Positions 53,242-62,335 of a stretch of 64,000 nucleotides of DNA are shown one piece after another. A model generated the notes under the pieces. It did no database searches and was not told the DNA's origin. It saw only the letters and a list, made by a program, of their open reading frames with translations. The translations under genes and the position numbers were made by a program. Numbering within the stretch: the first letter of the stretch is position 1; every line of letters begins with the position of its first letter. The DNA is from Bacteroidota bacterium (GTDB taxonomy: Bacteria; Bacteroidota; Bacteroidia; AKYH767-A; OLB10): positions 1,533 through 65,532 of the forward strand of contig JADKFV010000017.1 in the NCBI GenBank assembly GCA_016717325.1, given 5' to 3'.

Positions 53242-53802
53242 ATGAAGTTAATAGTGTTTTGCGGACCATCGGGGAGTGGGAAAACGAGTATAAAAAATTA
53301 CTTGATGCAACGCATAGAAGTTTTGAGCTTTTCGGTATCGGCAACTACCCGTGCTATGCGAACCAACGAACACGATGGTGTAGACTATTACTTTCTAACG
53401 GTTGAGGAATTTAAAAACAAAATAAACAACCACGAATTTGTAGAGTGGGAAGAGGTTTATGCCAATGGATTTTATGGCACATTAAAATCGGAAGTTGAAC
53501 GGCTTGCGGCATTAAACAAAGTAGTGATTTTTGATGTAGATGTGGAAGGCGGATTGAATATAAAAAAAGCCTATGGCCATCAATGTCTGGCATTATTTGT
53601 TTGCCCACCTTCGATTGAAGAACTGCGTAAGCGATTAACCAAACGTGGTACCGAAACTGATGAGAGCCTGCAAAAGCGAATAACTAAAGCCGAATTGGAA
53701 TTAACGTACAAAAACAAATTTGATGGCGTGATAGTGAACGAAAATTTTGAAACCGCCTGTGACGATTCCGAAAAGTTAGTTTTGCAATTTATACATAATT
53801 AA
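53242..53802 (+). CDS. gmk: Guanylate kinase
   Basis: 186 aa. P-loop GPSGSGKTS and GMP-binding SATTRAMR. Confidence 0.9.
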   Translation: MKLIVFCGPSGSGKTSIKNYLMQRIEVLSFSVSATTRAMRTNEHDGVDYYFLTVEEFKNKINNHEFVEWEEVYANGFYGTLKSEVERLAALNKVVIFDVDVEGGLNIKKAYGHQCLALFVCPPSIEELRKRLTKRGTETDESLQKRITKAELELTYKNKFDGVIVNENFETACDDSEKLVLQFIHN

Positions 53803-53821
53803 CCATAACAGTATACGTACA

Positions 53822-54397
53822 ATGCTAATAGGTTTATTTTTTGGCTCGTTTAACCCCGTACATAACGGACATATGATTATTGCACAACACATGTGTGAAA
53901 ATACCGATATGGCCGAAGTGTGGATGGTAGTAAGTCCGCACAATCCACTAAAGCCGCTTGGCTCACTATTGCAAGATTACCACCGCCTGCAACTTGTGCG
54001 CATTGCCATAGGCGATTACAAAAAAATAAAAGCCTCCAATATCGAATTCACATTACCAAAACCATCTTATACTATTCACACCCTGGCATATTTAAAAGAC
54101 AGGCACCCCGAACATGAGTTTGCGCTTATAATGGGAATGGACAACCTGTGCACCTTAAACAAATGGAAAAACTATGAGCAAATACTGGAGCAATACAGCA
54201 TATATGTTTATCCTCGTTTAGGCTCTGACGATTGCGAATTTGCAAACCATCCCAAAGTAAGAATTACTACTGCACCCATTATGGAACTTTCGTCAACAGT
54301 GATACGTAATTCTATAAAAGCCAAAAAAGATGTGCGGTACATGATGCCCGAAAGCGTGTATAATTATATTGATGAAATGAACTTTTACAGGAAGTAG
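53822..54397 (+). CDS. nadD: Nicotinate-nucleotide adenylyltransferase
   Basis: 191 aa. GLFFGSFNPVHNGHM (HxGH) motif and the C-terminal SSTVIRN motif. Confidence 0.9.
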   Translation: MLIGLFFGSFNPVHNGHMIIAQHMCENTDMAEVWMVVSPHNPLKPLGSLLQDYHRLQLVRIAIGDYKKIKASNIEFTLPKPSYTIHTLAYLKDRHPEHEFALIMGMDNLCTLNKWKNYEQILEQYSIYVYPRLGSDDCEFANHPKVRITTAPIMELSSTVIRNSIKAKKDVRYMMPESVYNYIDEMNFYRK

Positions 54398-54437
54398 AAA
54401 TGGTTGAGCTTTCCATCCCGAAAAAAACTCCAAAAAA

Positions 54438-54467
54438 AAAGCGCACCAACCGATGCGCTTTTTTTAT
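54438..54467 (+). terminator. Rho-independent terminator
   Basis: AGCGCA-CCAACCGA-TGCGCT hairpin followed by T8. Confidence 0.7.
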
Positions 54468-54982
54468 ATTATCGATTCAGAAAAATTATTTCAATCCGAG
54501 TTTTGCTTTTACTAATGGAAGAATAACAAAGCAAAATTTAATATCCGCTTTACCATTTAATAAACACAACTGTCATAATAAAATTGATGGCTAAAATTAG
54601 TAGTGAAAAATTCAGAGCGCAAAAGTATTTTAAAATTATACTCCTTTTTGTTTTGTGCAGAAATAAAAAATATGGTTCATAACTATCATGAAATTTGGTT
54701 TGCTTTAACAAAATCTAATTTTAATATTTGACGTATCGAAAGCAGATAGTGCAACATGCCCCCTTCGAAAAAGTTTTTTTTGAAGACCATTATTTTCTTA
54801 TAAAAGTGTAACGCCCGTTACCCATGTTATTTGGCTTTGTTTGTTTGCGTTACCAATTTTGTTCTACAATGTTTTACTAAACAAATTAAAAACAACGATT
54901 ATGCAAAATTCAAAAACACACTCCGAAAAAAAATTCTGTCAAACAGAAAAAATCTCAAACCTTGTTGATTGTGGCGCGATTA

Positions 54983-57900
54983 ATGATTATAACGCGAGCT
55001 CCCCCCCCCCCCCCCGAAAGGAAAGATAAACTCAAAATAATAAACAAAATTCTGCTGGCATTTATTTTGTTTCTCACTTCTAATCTATCTTATTCAAATA
55101 CATGCTTTAATTCAATTGTAAAAATTGTTACCCCAGCTTGTACTTATGATACTTTAACTACAAATGATTCTATAGTATGGTTTAGTTTTATCGCAACAAC
55201 ACCCAATACTGCCATTGCCTTTTATAAAAACGCCAATTCAGGCACTCCAATTTTTGAACAGGTTGAAATTTACGATGGCACATGTAATACGCTCAATTTA
55301 ATTGATACAGCAGAAATATTAAGTGATACTTTTTGCTTTAGTAATCGAAATAACTATGTGATTGGAAGTACATATTACATTAAATTGAAACAGAAATGTA
55401 TTCAAAATCAAACATGTTTCATCAACGCTAGTTCTGTTTTTGTAAGCATATACCAAACAATACTATATAATCAAAGCGTGGATCCATGTAACTATGTCAT
55501 AAATCCTCAATTTGAAATGGGGCCAATACCGCTGCTATTAGACCGCATAGTAACTGCCTCTGGTTGGTTCCGTAATTTAATTGGCAGCACATTGCCTTGT
55601 AATGGTTACAGCCCAAACACTCCAGATTTACTTGATGTAAATTCACCAAATCCAATTGTTCGACCTAACACAAATCAATATGGGAATGGCATACCATTTA
55701 CGCCTCATAGTGGAAATAGAGTTGCAAATTATGGAACTGCTGAATCTTTTGTGGGCACTGTATTTCCAAACTTGCCTGTTGGCACATATACATTCAGCTT
55801 TTATGCAATTATACAAGGGCAATTTTGTAATAATCCATACCTCAATAATTCATGTGTTGTCAATATAATGAGTAACTGTGGCACTAAGCAAAATATTTTT
55901 AACCAAACTATTAATATGAGCAATGCTAACTGCAATACGTGGACTTTGTTTCAATCCAGTTTTCAAATTACAAATACGAGTTTGAATAGGTTGGAATTCA
56001 CTTGGGATAACTCTAATACAAATTTACCGCACAATGGGCTTTATATTGATGACGTCTCAATTGCTAGAAGCTGCAAAACAACTATTACCACGACACTGCC
56101 TTGCATTGGACAAGCTAACGGAACTGCTACTGCCACTTCCGATTGCCCTGTTATTGATTATTTATGGAGCAATGGACAAACAACTTCAACAGCTACTGGA
56201 CTCTCAGCTGGTACGTATACTGTAACAGTTACTGACGACAAAGGCTGCTCGAGAACATCATCAATTATTTTAACTGAAATTAATGGGTTCACATTGTCAA
56301 TTTTTAGTACGCCTAATTGCATTGGCGACAATACTCATACAGGCACTGCTATAGTAACTCCTAGTGTAATAGGTCAATATACTTATTTATGGAATAATGG
56401 GCAAGTAACCTCAGTCGCTACTGGTTTAATTGCTGGCACTTACACTGTGACAGTTACAAACGTTAATGGATGTACGAAAACAGCTACTGTTATTGTGGAT
56501 AACTCATACTCTTTTACTGTAACCACCACCACCACAGGTGACTGCACAGGCGAAGCAACAGGCACGGCAACAGCAATCGCAAACCAACCGGGGCCACTCA
56601 CTTATTTATGGAGCAACGGCCAAACCACTCAAACAGCCACAGGCCTGTTTGCAGGTACGTATACTGCAACAGTTACCGATGCGAATGGCTGCACAAATAG
56701 TGCATCGGCAACTATAGTTGATTTAAGCGAAAATGTACCAATAATAAGTGCCAGCAGTTTCACATCCTGCATAAAAGATTTAGCGCAAACTTTTAAGGAC
56801 ATTGATTTGACAATAGACAATTATGTAAACGACCCTGCATACATATACACGTGGAGCTTTGTGCCAACGGGCGCGCCTGCCGCTACCTTGGTTGGCAATG
56901 GTAGCACAGCCGTGCTGACTACGTATGGTATGGGTGGTACCGTAACCGTTCACCTCAGCGTTAATGGCTGTGATTTTTATACTAACTATTATATACAAGA
57001 TTGCTGCGAAGGTGTGCCATCGCAACCAAACAGCACTACATTGGTTGATATAGATGCCTCTGACCTTATTGCTATGTATGGCGGTAATCCTACTGTAACC
57101 ACAAATGATAATTTATATTTTAATGGCACACTTACAGTTAACGTTCCGTTTTTTGCATTTAGCAATTGCCAATTTTTAAATTTTGGCCCTGCCGCAAAAA
57201 TTGTTTGCTCACCAAACACCACTTTACAAATAGATGGTAGTCACCTGCAAGCATGTAATACTATGTGGTATGGCATAGAAATGGGGCATAGCTCAAGTAT
57301 CATATTGGAAAATAATATTATACAAGATGCGCAGTATGCAGTGAAGGCAACAGATAATTGCCAAACAACTTTGGTAAACAACGATATGAATGATAACTTT
57401 GTATCGTATTATGTAGCGCCAAACATAACTTCGCAAATGATAAACGGAGCCATACAAGAAAATCGTTTTTATACTGTAAACCAATTGGTGCAGCCTTACC
57501 TTGGCCAAACACCCGTAATACACACGCACAGCTTTGCAGGTATATGGATAAACGATGTTACAGCACTTACCATTGGCTCATACAATGCGGCTGCGTCAAA
57601 AAATATTTTCCGCAACCTCAACAATGGCATTATAAGCAACCGCACCAACCTTACTTCGCTGTATAATATTTTTGACGATATAAGTAGCAAAGGTGGCTAT
57701 AGTGGTCTCACAAATACTACACTATTTAACCACACCGGTACAGGCATTACCGCTTATGGTGGTATAGGTTACATAGCAGATATAGCGGGCGATGCCGGGC
57801 CGGGCAATGCTGTGGAGTATATCAATTGCTTTCGTGGTATATATGTAGATGGCTTGCAAGCAAAAGTGTACGACCACGAATTTACCACTACCAACACTAC

Positions 57901-59764
57901 AGGTATAAACCGTATAGGCATAGCAGTAACTAATATGAACCATACGCCAACACATATATTTAGAAATACCATACATGCAACGCAGGCAGGTATACGAGCC
58001 ACCGAAAATTATGCAAGCGTTTATATTTACGACAATACAATTACAATAGATAACCCTGCATATAATCAATTTTTTAGAACAGGAATTTCTATTGATAATT
58101 TTACCAATGCACTTGGTGCTGATATAGATGTGCACCACAACCACGTATACATGACCGATGCCCGCAGAGGGATATGGCTGCGCAATATAAAAGGGGCATG
58201 GGTGCATGAGAATGATGTATGGATGCAATATGCAAACACATACCACACAGGCGGTGTTTACGACTATGGCATACTTGCCGAAAATAGCCCAAGTGGCACA
58301 ATAGACTGCAACAGCGTAACCGGCAATGCCTTCCAAGGCGACCCGGGTGCGGCCCCACAAACATTTGCATTTGGCTTTAACCTAAGCACCGACAACATAG
58401 TAAGCTGCAACCACAGCGACAATACCGATGTAGGTTTTAACTTTACAGGTGCCTGCCAAAATACAGATTTTAAAGGGAACCAAATTGATAGGCATTGGGC
58501 GGGGTTGAGGTTGGCAAGTAGTGTGTTTGGTGTCCAGAATGATGCAGGGAATTTGTGGCATCTTAGGCATACATATCCGGCACTTGGAGCTAGGTTGGAT
58601 TTTAGTGCTCCACTCCCAAATGAAATACGTACTCCAGCAGTATTGCCCTACACACCGATTAATAATGGGGGATTTAATACTTGGTTCAAAGCTCCCAATG
58701 CTGCACCATATAGTTGTTCATCTTTATATTGCTCTGCACCATTCCGCATAGGTGGGGATAGCAGCGTTATAAATGAAGATGAATTGCGAGCAATTGAAGG
58801 TGATAGTGTTGTTACAGAATTTAATCCTCAAGTTAGTGACGATACGAAAAAACGATTGTACGAGAAACTACTTAGTAATCCAACTTTACAAAATACAAGC
58901 AGTGATATAACGCAGTACTTTGCTGAAGCACAAAATAATGACATTGGTACTGTAAATGCTGTAAAAAATAAAACTAGTGAAGTGGGTGAATTAATAAAGA
59001 GTAATGCCACTTTAATCAATCCATTAGCCAATGCTCAAAATGCGCTTTTGTTGCAGTTAAGAACAAATGATAGCATAATTAATACTACTACAGATAGCTT
59101 GCTGAAATTAATTTTAATTGAACAAAATAACATTCTTTCAAATGGACTTGACAGTTTAAAAGAGCAAATAGAAACTATATCCATTGGGGAACAAATAGTA
59201 GAAAATCAAAAGTATGACGAAGCAAAAACAATAAACAACAATATGATGGCACAAGAAGTTTTTGACTATAATACGAGTGTTATAACTGATATTTATTTAT
59301 CGAAAATTGCAAAAAATAATTTTCAATTAAGCACAGCACAGATTAATGAAGTAGTTAGCATTGCAAACATGTGTCCACTAATAGGTGGTCCTGCCGTGTA
59401 TTTGGCAAGGCCGATTGTAGAGCTATATGATGAAAACATTGTTTACAATGACCAAGCTGTATGCTTGAGCCAGGGCGTAAGTATGAAATTAGCAAATGGA
59501 AATGCTCCAACACAAGCAAATGAAAACACAGTGGTGCAAGTTTTTCCAATACCAAGTAAGGATGTTGTAAATTTTAATTTTGGCAACCTCCAATTTAATG
59601 GTCTGTTGATATTTGATAGCTATGGAAAACAAATTGAAGAAGTAAAATTAAATGTAAAGCACCAATACACTTTGCAAACAAATGTATTTGCAAACGGTAT
59701 ATATCGTTATAAATTAATGAACGATACGATTGAATTAACGGGTAAAATTGTAATTGTAAAATAA
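54983..59764 (+). CDS. Giant T9SS-secreted adhesin-like protein: SprB-type repeats, right-handed parallel beta-helix region, type-A CTD
   Basis: About 1594 aa from ATG 54983. Four repeats of the form C.G.ANGTATA..YLWSNGQTT..TGL.AGTYTVTVTD. Beta-helix-like NN.I..N blocks. CTD ..NGIYRYKLMNDTIELTGKIVIVK. The signal region contains PPPPP, encoded by C15. Confidence 0.75.
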   Translation: MIITRAPPPPPERKDKLKIINKILLAFILFLTSNLSYSNTCFNSIVKIVTPACTYDTLTTNDSIVWFSFIATTPNTAIAFYKNANSGTPIFEQVEIYDGTCNTLNLIDTAEILSDTFCFSNRNNYVIGSTYYIKLKQKCIQNQTCFINASSVFVSIYQTILYNQSVDPCNYVINPQFEMGPIPLLLDRIVTASGWFRNLIGSTLPCNGYSPNTPDLLDVNSPNPIVRPNTNQYGNGIPFTPHSGNRVANYGTAESFVGTVFPNLPVGTYTFSFYAIIQGQFCNNPYLNNSCVVNIMSNCGTKQNIFNQTINMSNANCNTWTLFQSSFQITNTSLNRLEFTWDNSNTNLPHNGLYIDDVSIARSCKTTITTTLPCIGQANGTATATSDCPVIDYLWSNGQTTSTATGLSAGTYTVTVTDDKGCSRTSSIILTEINGFTLSIFSTPNCIGDNTHTGTAIVTPSVIGQYTYLWNNGQVTSVATGLIAGTYTVTVTNVNGCTKTATVIVDNSYSFTVTTTTTGDCTGEATGTATAIANQPGPLTYLWSNGQTTQTATGLFAGTYTATVTDANGCTNSASATIVDLSENVPIISASSFTSCIKDLAQTFKDIDLTIDNYVNDPAYIYTWSFVPTGAPAATLVGNGSTAVLTTYGMGGTVTVHLSVNGCDFYTNYYIQDCCEGVPSQPNSTTLVDIDASDLIAMYGGNPTVTTNDNLYFNGTLTVNVPFFAFSNCQFLNFGPAAKIVCSPNTTLQIDGSHLQACNTMWYGIEMGHSSSIILENNIIQDAQYAVKATDNCQTTLVNNDMNDNFVSYYVAPNITSQMINGAIQENRFYTVNQLVQPYLGQTPVIHTHSFAGIWINDVTALTIGSYNAAASKNIFRNLNNGIISNRTNLTSLYNIFDDISSKGGYSGLTNTTLFNHTGTGITAYGGIGYIADIAGDAGPGNAVEYINCFRGIYVDGLQAKVYDHEFTTTNTTGINRIGIAVTNMNHTPTHIFRNTIHATQAGIRATENYASVYIYDNTITIDNPAYNQFFRTGISIDNFTNALGADIDVHHNHVYMTDARRGIWLRNIKGAWVHENDVWMQYANTYHTGGVYDYGILAENSPSGTIDCNSVTGNAFQGDPGAAPQTFAFGFNLSTDNIVSCNHSDNTDVGFNFTGACQNTDFKGNQIDRHWAGLRLASSVFGVQNDAGNLWHLRHTYPALGARLDFSAPLPNEIRTPAVLPYTPINNGGFNTWFKAPNAAPYSCSSLYCSAPFRIGGDSSVINEDELRAIEGDSVVTEFNPQVSDDTKKRLYEKLLSNPTLQNTSSDITQYFAEAQNNDIGTVNAVKNKTSEVGELIKSNATLINPLANAQNALLLQLRTNDSIINTTTDSLLKLILIEQNNILSNGLDSLKEQIETISIGEQIVENQKYDEAKTINNNMMAQEVFDYNTSVITDIYLSKIAKNNFQLSTAQINEVVSIANMCPLIGGPAVYLARPIVELYDENIVYNDQAVCLSQGVSMKLANGNAPTQANENTVVQVFPIPSKDVVNFNFGNLQFNGLLIFDSYGKQIEEVKLNVKHQYTLQTNVFANGIYRYKLMNDTIELTGKIVIVK
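55001..55015 (+). repeat. C15 homopolymeric tract inside the 5-prime coding region (signal-peptide n-region) of the giant T9SS gene
   Basis: Seen directly: GAGCT C15 GAAAGG. It encodes PPPPP in the current frame. Confidence 0.9.
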
Positions 59765-59771
59765 TTATTAG

Positions 59772-59808
59772 AAAGGGAAACAGGTAATTCTGTTTCCCTT
59801 TTATTTTT
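59772..59808 (+). terminator. Rho-independent terminator
   Basis: AGGGAAACAG-GTAATT-CTGTTTCCCT hairpin followed by a T-rich run. Confidence 0.7.
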
Positions 59809-59817
59809 AAAATAACG

Positions 59818-61314
59818 ATGAAAAAAAATATTTTGATTTTATTGTTTTGTACTTGTTATACAACAATGTTTGCGCAAAAATACATGAATAATCTTGCTTT
59901 TAATGGAGAATATTTTTTATCTAATGACTCTTTTAATTTTATTTTAAGCAACTATAAGTTGAATACTCCTGTATATCAATATCTTGATTCTTCCGATTTG
60001 TGGATGGGTAACCATTCTGCATTAATAGCTGACAGCACTGGGCAGTTAATTTTCTATACAAATGGATGCTCAGTAGGGAATAAAAATTTTGAAATGATAC
60101 CAGGTACTGATACCTTGGAATATACAAGCATAGTTATCACTTGCCCCTATGGCCAACCAAACTTGAATGGGGCATTTTTTCTACCCTCACTCACAAATCC
60201 AAATGAAATTCTTTTGTTTCATAAAGACGATCAGTTTACTACCAATTGGAATTGGATTTTTGCCACAAGTTACAATGCTTGGTTTACGGTGCTTGACAAA
60301 ACTATGAATAATGGCTTAGGCGGCTTGGTATCGCGTAATAATATTTTGTATAATACTGAAACATGCAGAGATGGATTTCAAGCAGTGAAACATGCTAATG
60401 GCAGGGATTATTGGATTGTGATGCAAGATTTTGATACCAGTACTTTTGTTACTTTTCTCTACACGCCTACCGGTTTTTCTGTGCCCTTTTTTCAAAATAT
60501 GAATATCCCTCTTTATCGTGGGGGTACGCCTAATGCTATATTTAATAGACAAGGCACAAAATATGCAACCACCGCTTGGAATAATAATTTAATGCTATTT
60601 GACTTTGACAGATGTACCGGGCAGTTCAAATATAATAATCAGGTTGATACTACTTGGCAATATTTAGGTTTTTTCTTTTGCTTTTCGGCAAAAGGCAACA
60701 AAATATATCGAATGGATAACAGCGATAAAATTTACCAATACGATACTGCCGATGTTGATTTTAATATTTCGCGCGATACGGTTGCTATATACGATGGATT
60801 CTTTGATGGTGATTCCACAAAATTCGTTACAATGTTTTTAGCTGCCGATGATAAAATATACATAAATTCAGCTATTGGCTATCAACATGTGATTAACAAA
60901 CCTGATTTGACTGGCATTTCATGTAATATTTTGCAGCACAGCATTAAACACCCGGCATCGGTTGGTAATGCCTTCCCCAACTACATCAACTACGATTTAG
61001 GGCCGCTTCTGGGTAGCCCATGTGATACGCTTTCTATCCTCACCCCGGCCCTCTCCAAAGGAGAGCGTGTAATGCAATGCTTTCCTAATCCGGCAACAAA
61101 TGAAGTAAACATAAAAATAAACAATGTGCCGCTTGGTAATTATACACTTAGTATATACACACCGTTAGCCAATGAGGTAATGCACATAGAAGGCAAAAGC
61201 ACGGTAAAAGATTTTACAAAAACATTACGTGTTCAGAGCCTTGCAAGTGGTTTTTATTTTGTAAAGTTGCAGGTGGAGGAAATGGAGTGGTATGGGAGGT
61301 TTGTGAGGGAGTAG
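59818..61314 (+). CDS. T9SS type-A CTD secreted protein, paralog P1
   Basis: 498 aa. Signal peptide. CTD CFPNPATNEVNIKINNVPLGNYTLSIY..FYFVKL. Paralogous along its whole length to 62336..63838. Confidence 0.7.
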   Translation: MKKNILILLFCTCYTTMFAQKYMNNLAFNGEYFLSNDSFNFILSNYKLNTPVYQYLDSSDLWMGNHSALIADSTGQLIFYTNGCSVGNKNFEMIPGTDTLEYTSIVITCPYGQPNLNGAFFLPSLTNPNEILLFHKDDQFTTNWNWIFATSYNAWFTVLDKTMNNGLGGLVSRNNILYNTETCRDGFQAVKHANGRDYWIVMQDFDTSTFVTFLYTPTGFSVPFFQNMNIPLYRGGTPNAIFNRQGTKYATTAWNNNLMLFDFDRCTGQFKYNNQVDTTWQYLGFFFCFSAKGNKIYRMDNSDKIYQYDTADVDFNISRDTVAIYDGFFDGDSTKFVTMFLAADDKIYINSAIGYQHVINKPDLTGISCNILQHSIKHPASVGNAFPNYINYDLGPLLGSPCDTLSILTPALSKGERVMQCFPNPATNEVNIKINNVPLGNYTLSIYTPLANEVMHIEGKSTVKDFTKTLRVQSLASGFYFVKLQVEEMEWYGRFVRE

Positions 61315-61349
61315 CCCCTAAATCCCCCGCTGGGGGACTTGAACACCCC

Positions 61350-61880
61350 CAACCCCCGCTGGGGGCTTACCAAAGCTCGGATGGCATATTGTGTGTTTAT
61401 CTTATTTAGTTGCAAAAAAAATGGTATCTCATGGATAAATTGTATTTTGAAAGTTTGTATAAAGGCGCAAAGCCAATTCAATTTGAATTTGCACAACAGA
61501 TGCGCAAAGAGCCTACACAGGCAGAATCAATTTTATGGACATATTTATCCGGCAAGCAAATGCAAGGTTTGAAATTTAGAAGGCAACATCCATTAGACAA
61601 TTTTATTTTAGATTTTTATTGTCATGAAATAAAATTGAGTATCGAATTGGATGGGAAAATACATCAGAATGAATTGCAAGCAACTTATGATAAAGAACGA
61701 ACCAAGTGCTTACAAGATAAGGGCATTAACGAACTCCGATTTAAAAATGAAACAATCATTAATCGAATTACTGATGCACTCAATGAAATTGAAAAAACAA
61801 TAAGACAAATAAAACGAAAGCAATATGATACCAAAAATCCAGCATAGCAAAGACAAGCCCCCAGCGGGGGTTGGGGGTGT
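61350..61880. mobile_element. Mini-element: DUF559 endonuclease-like gene flanked by perfect 20-bp GC-rich terminal inverted repeats (CCCCCAACCCCCGCTGGGGG on the left, CCCCCAGCGGGGGTTGGGGG on the right)
   Basis: The left repeat at about 61350-61375 and the right repeat at about 61856-61880 are exact reverse complements. An extra CCCCCGCTGGGGG hairpin lies at 61333. Inserted between two paralogous genes. Confidence 0.6.
61410..61847 (+). CDS. DUF559 domain protein (Vsr/restriction-endonuclease-like fold)
   Basis: 145 aa. ESILW..LKFRRQHPLDNFILDFYCHEIKLSIELDGKIH..YDKERTKCLQDKGINELRFKN matches the DUF559 signature (FRRQ, DFYC, IELDG.H, D.ER, LRF.N). Confidence 0.75.
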   Translation: MQKKWYLMDKLYFESLYKGAKPIQFEFAQQMRKEPTQAESILWTYLSGKQMQGLKFRRQHPLDNFILDFYCHEIKLSIELDGKIHQNELQATYDKERTKCLQDKGINELRFKNETIINRITDALNEIEKTIRQIKRKQYDTKNPA

Positions 61881-61888
61881 ATTATTAC

Positions 61889-62280
61889 CGCAATGCCCCC
61901 TGATAGGTGGCTCAGCTGTGTATTTGGCAAGACCAATTGTAGAAATGTTTGATGACAATATCATGTACAATGATGCGGCAATTTGTTTAAGTCAAGGGGT
62001 TATTATGAAAATGTCAAATCAAGTAACAGCGGATGAAACTATTGCCACCGTAAAAGTATATCCAAACCCGGCTAAAGATGAAATCAATTTTGAATTTGGG
62101 AACGGCACATATTTCAAACTAATTATTTATGATAGTTTTGGTAAAGAAATACGTTTGGAATTAATGCAAAGCAAAATTGAATACAAATTATCAACCACAG
62201 ATATTGCAAATGGCATTTATCGTTATAAGTTAATTGGTGTGCCACATGAAATATCCGGAAAAATTGTAATATTAAAGTAA
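61889..62280 (+). pseudogene. Orphan C-terminal fragment (last about 130 aa including the T9SS CTD) homologous to the C-terminus of the giant 54983..59764 protein
   Basis: CPLIGGSAVYLARPIVEMFDDNIMYNDAAICLSQGV..NGIYRYKLIGVPHEISGKIVILK aligns with the giant's ..NMCPLIGGPAVYLARPIVELYDENIVYNDQAVCLSQGV..NGIYRYKLMNDTIELTGKIVIVK. Homology begins right after the DUF559 element's right repeat. Confidence 0.6.
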
Positions 62281-62289
62281 ATAAAAATA

Positions 62290-62321
62290 AAGAGAAGTTG
62301 TTAAGGCAACTTCTCTTTTTA
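62290..62321 (+). terminator. Rho-independent terminator
   Basis: AGAGAAGTTG-TTAAGG-CAACTTCTCT hairpin followed by T5. Confidence 0.6.
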
Positions 62322-62335
62322 CATTCTACTAAACA

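Noticed and set aside
61825-62280. ORF 61825..62280 as an independent 151-aa gene
   Set aside because: The Met-proximal part overlaps the DUF559 element's right repeat. Only the region from CPLIGG onward is homologous to a known protein, so it is a gene fragment.
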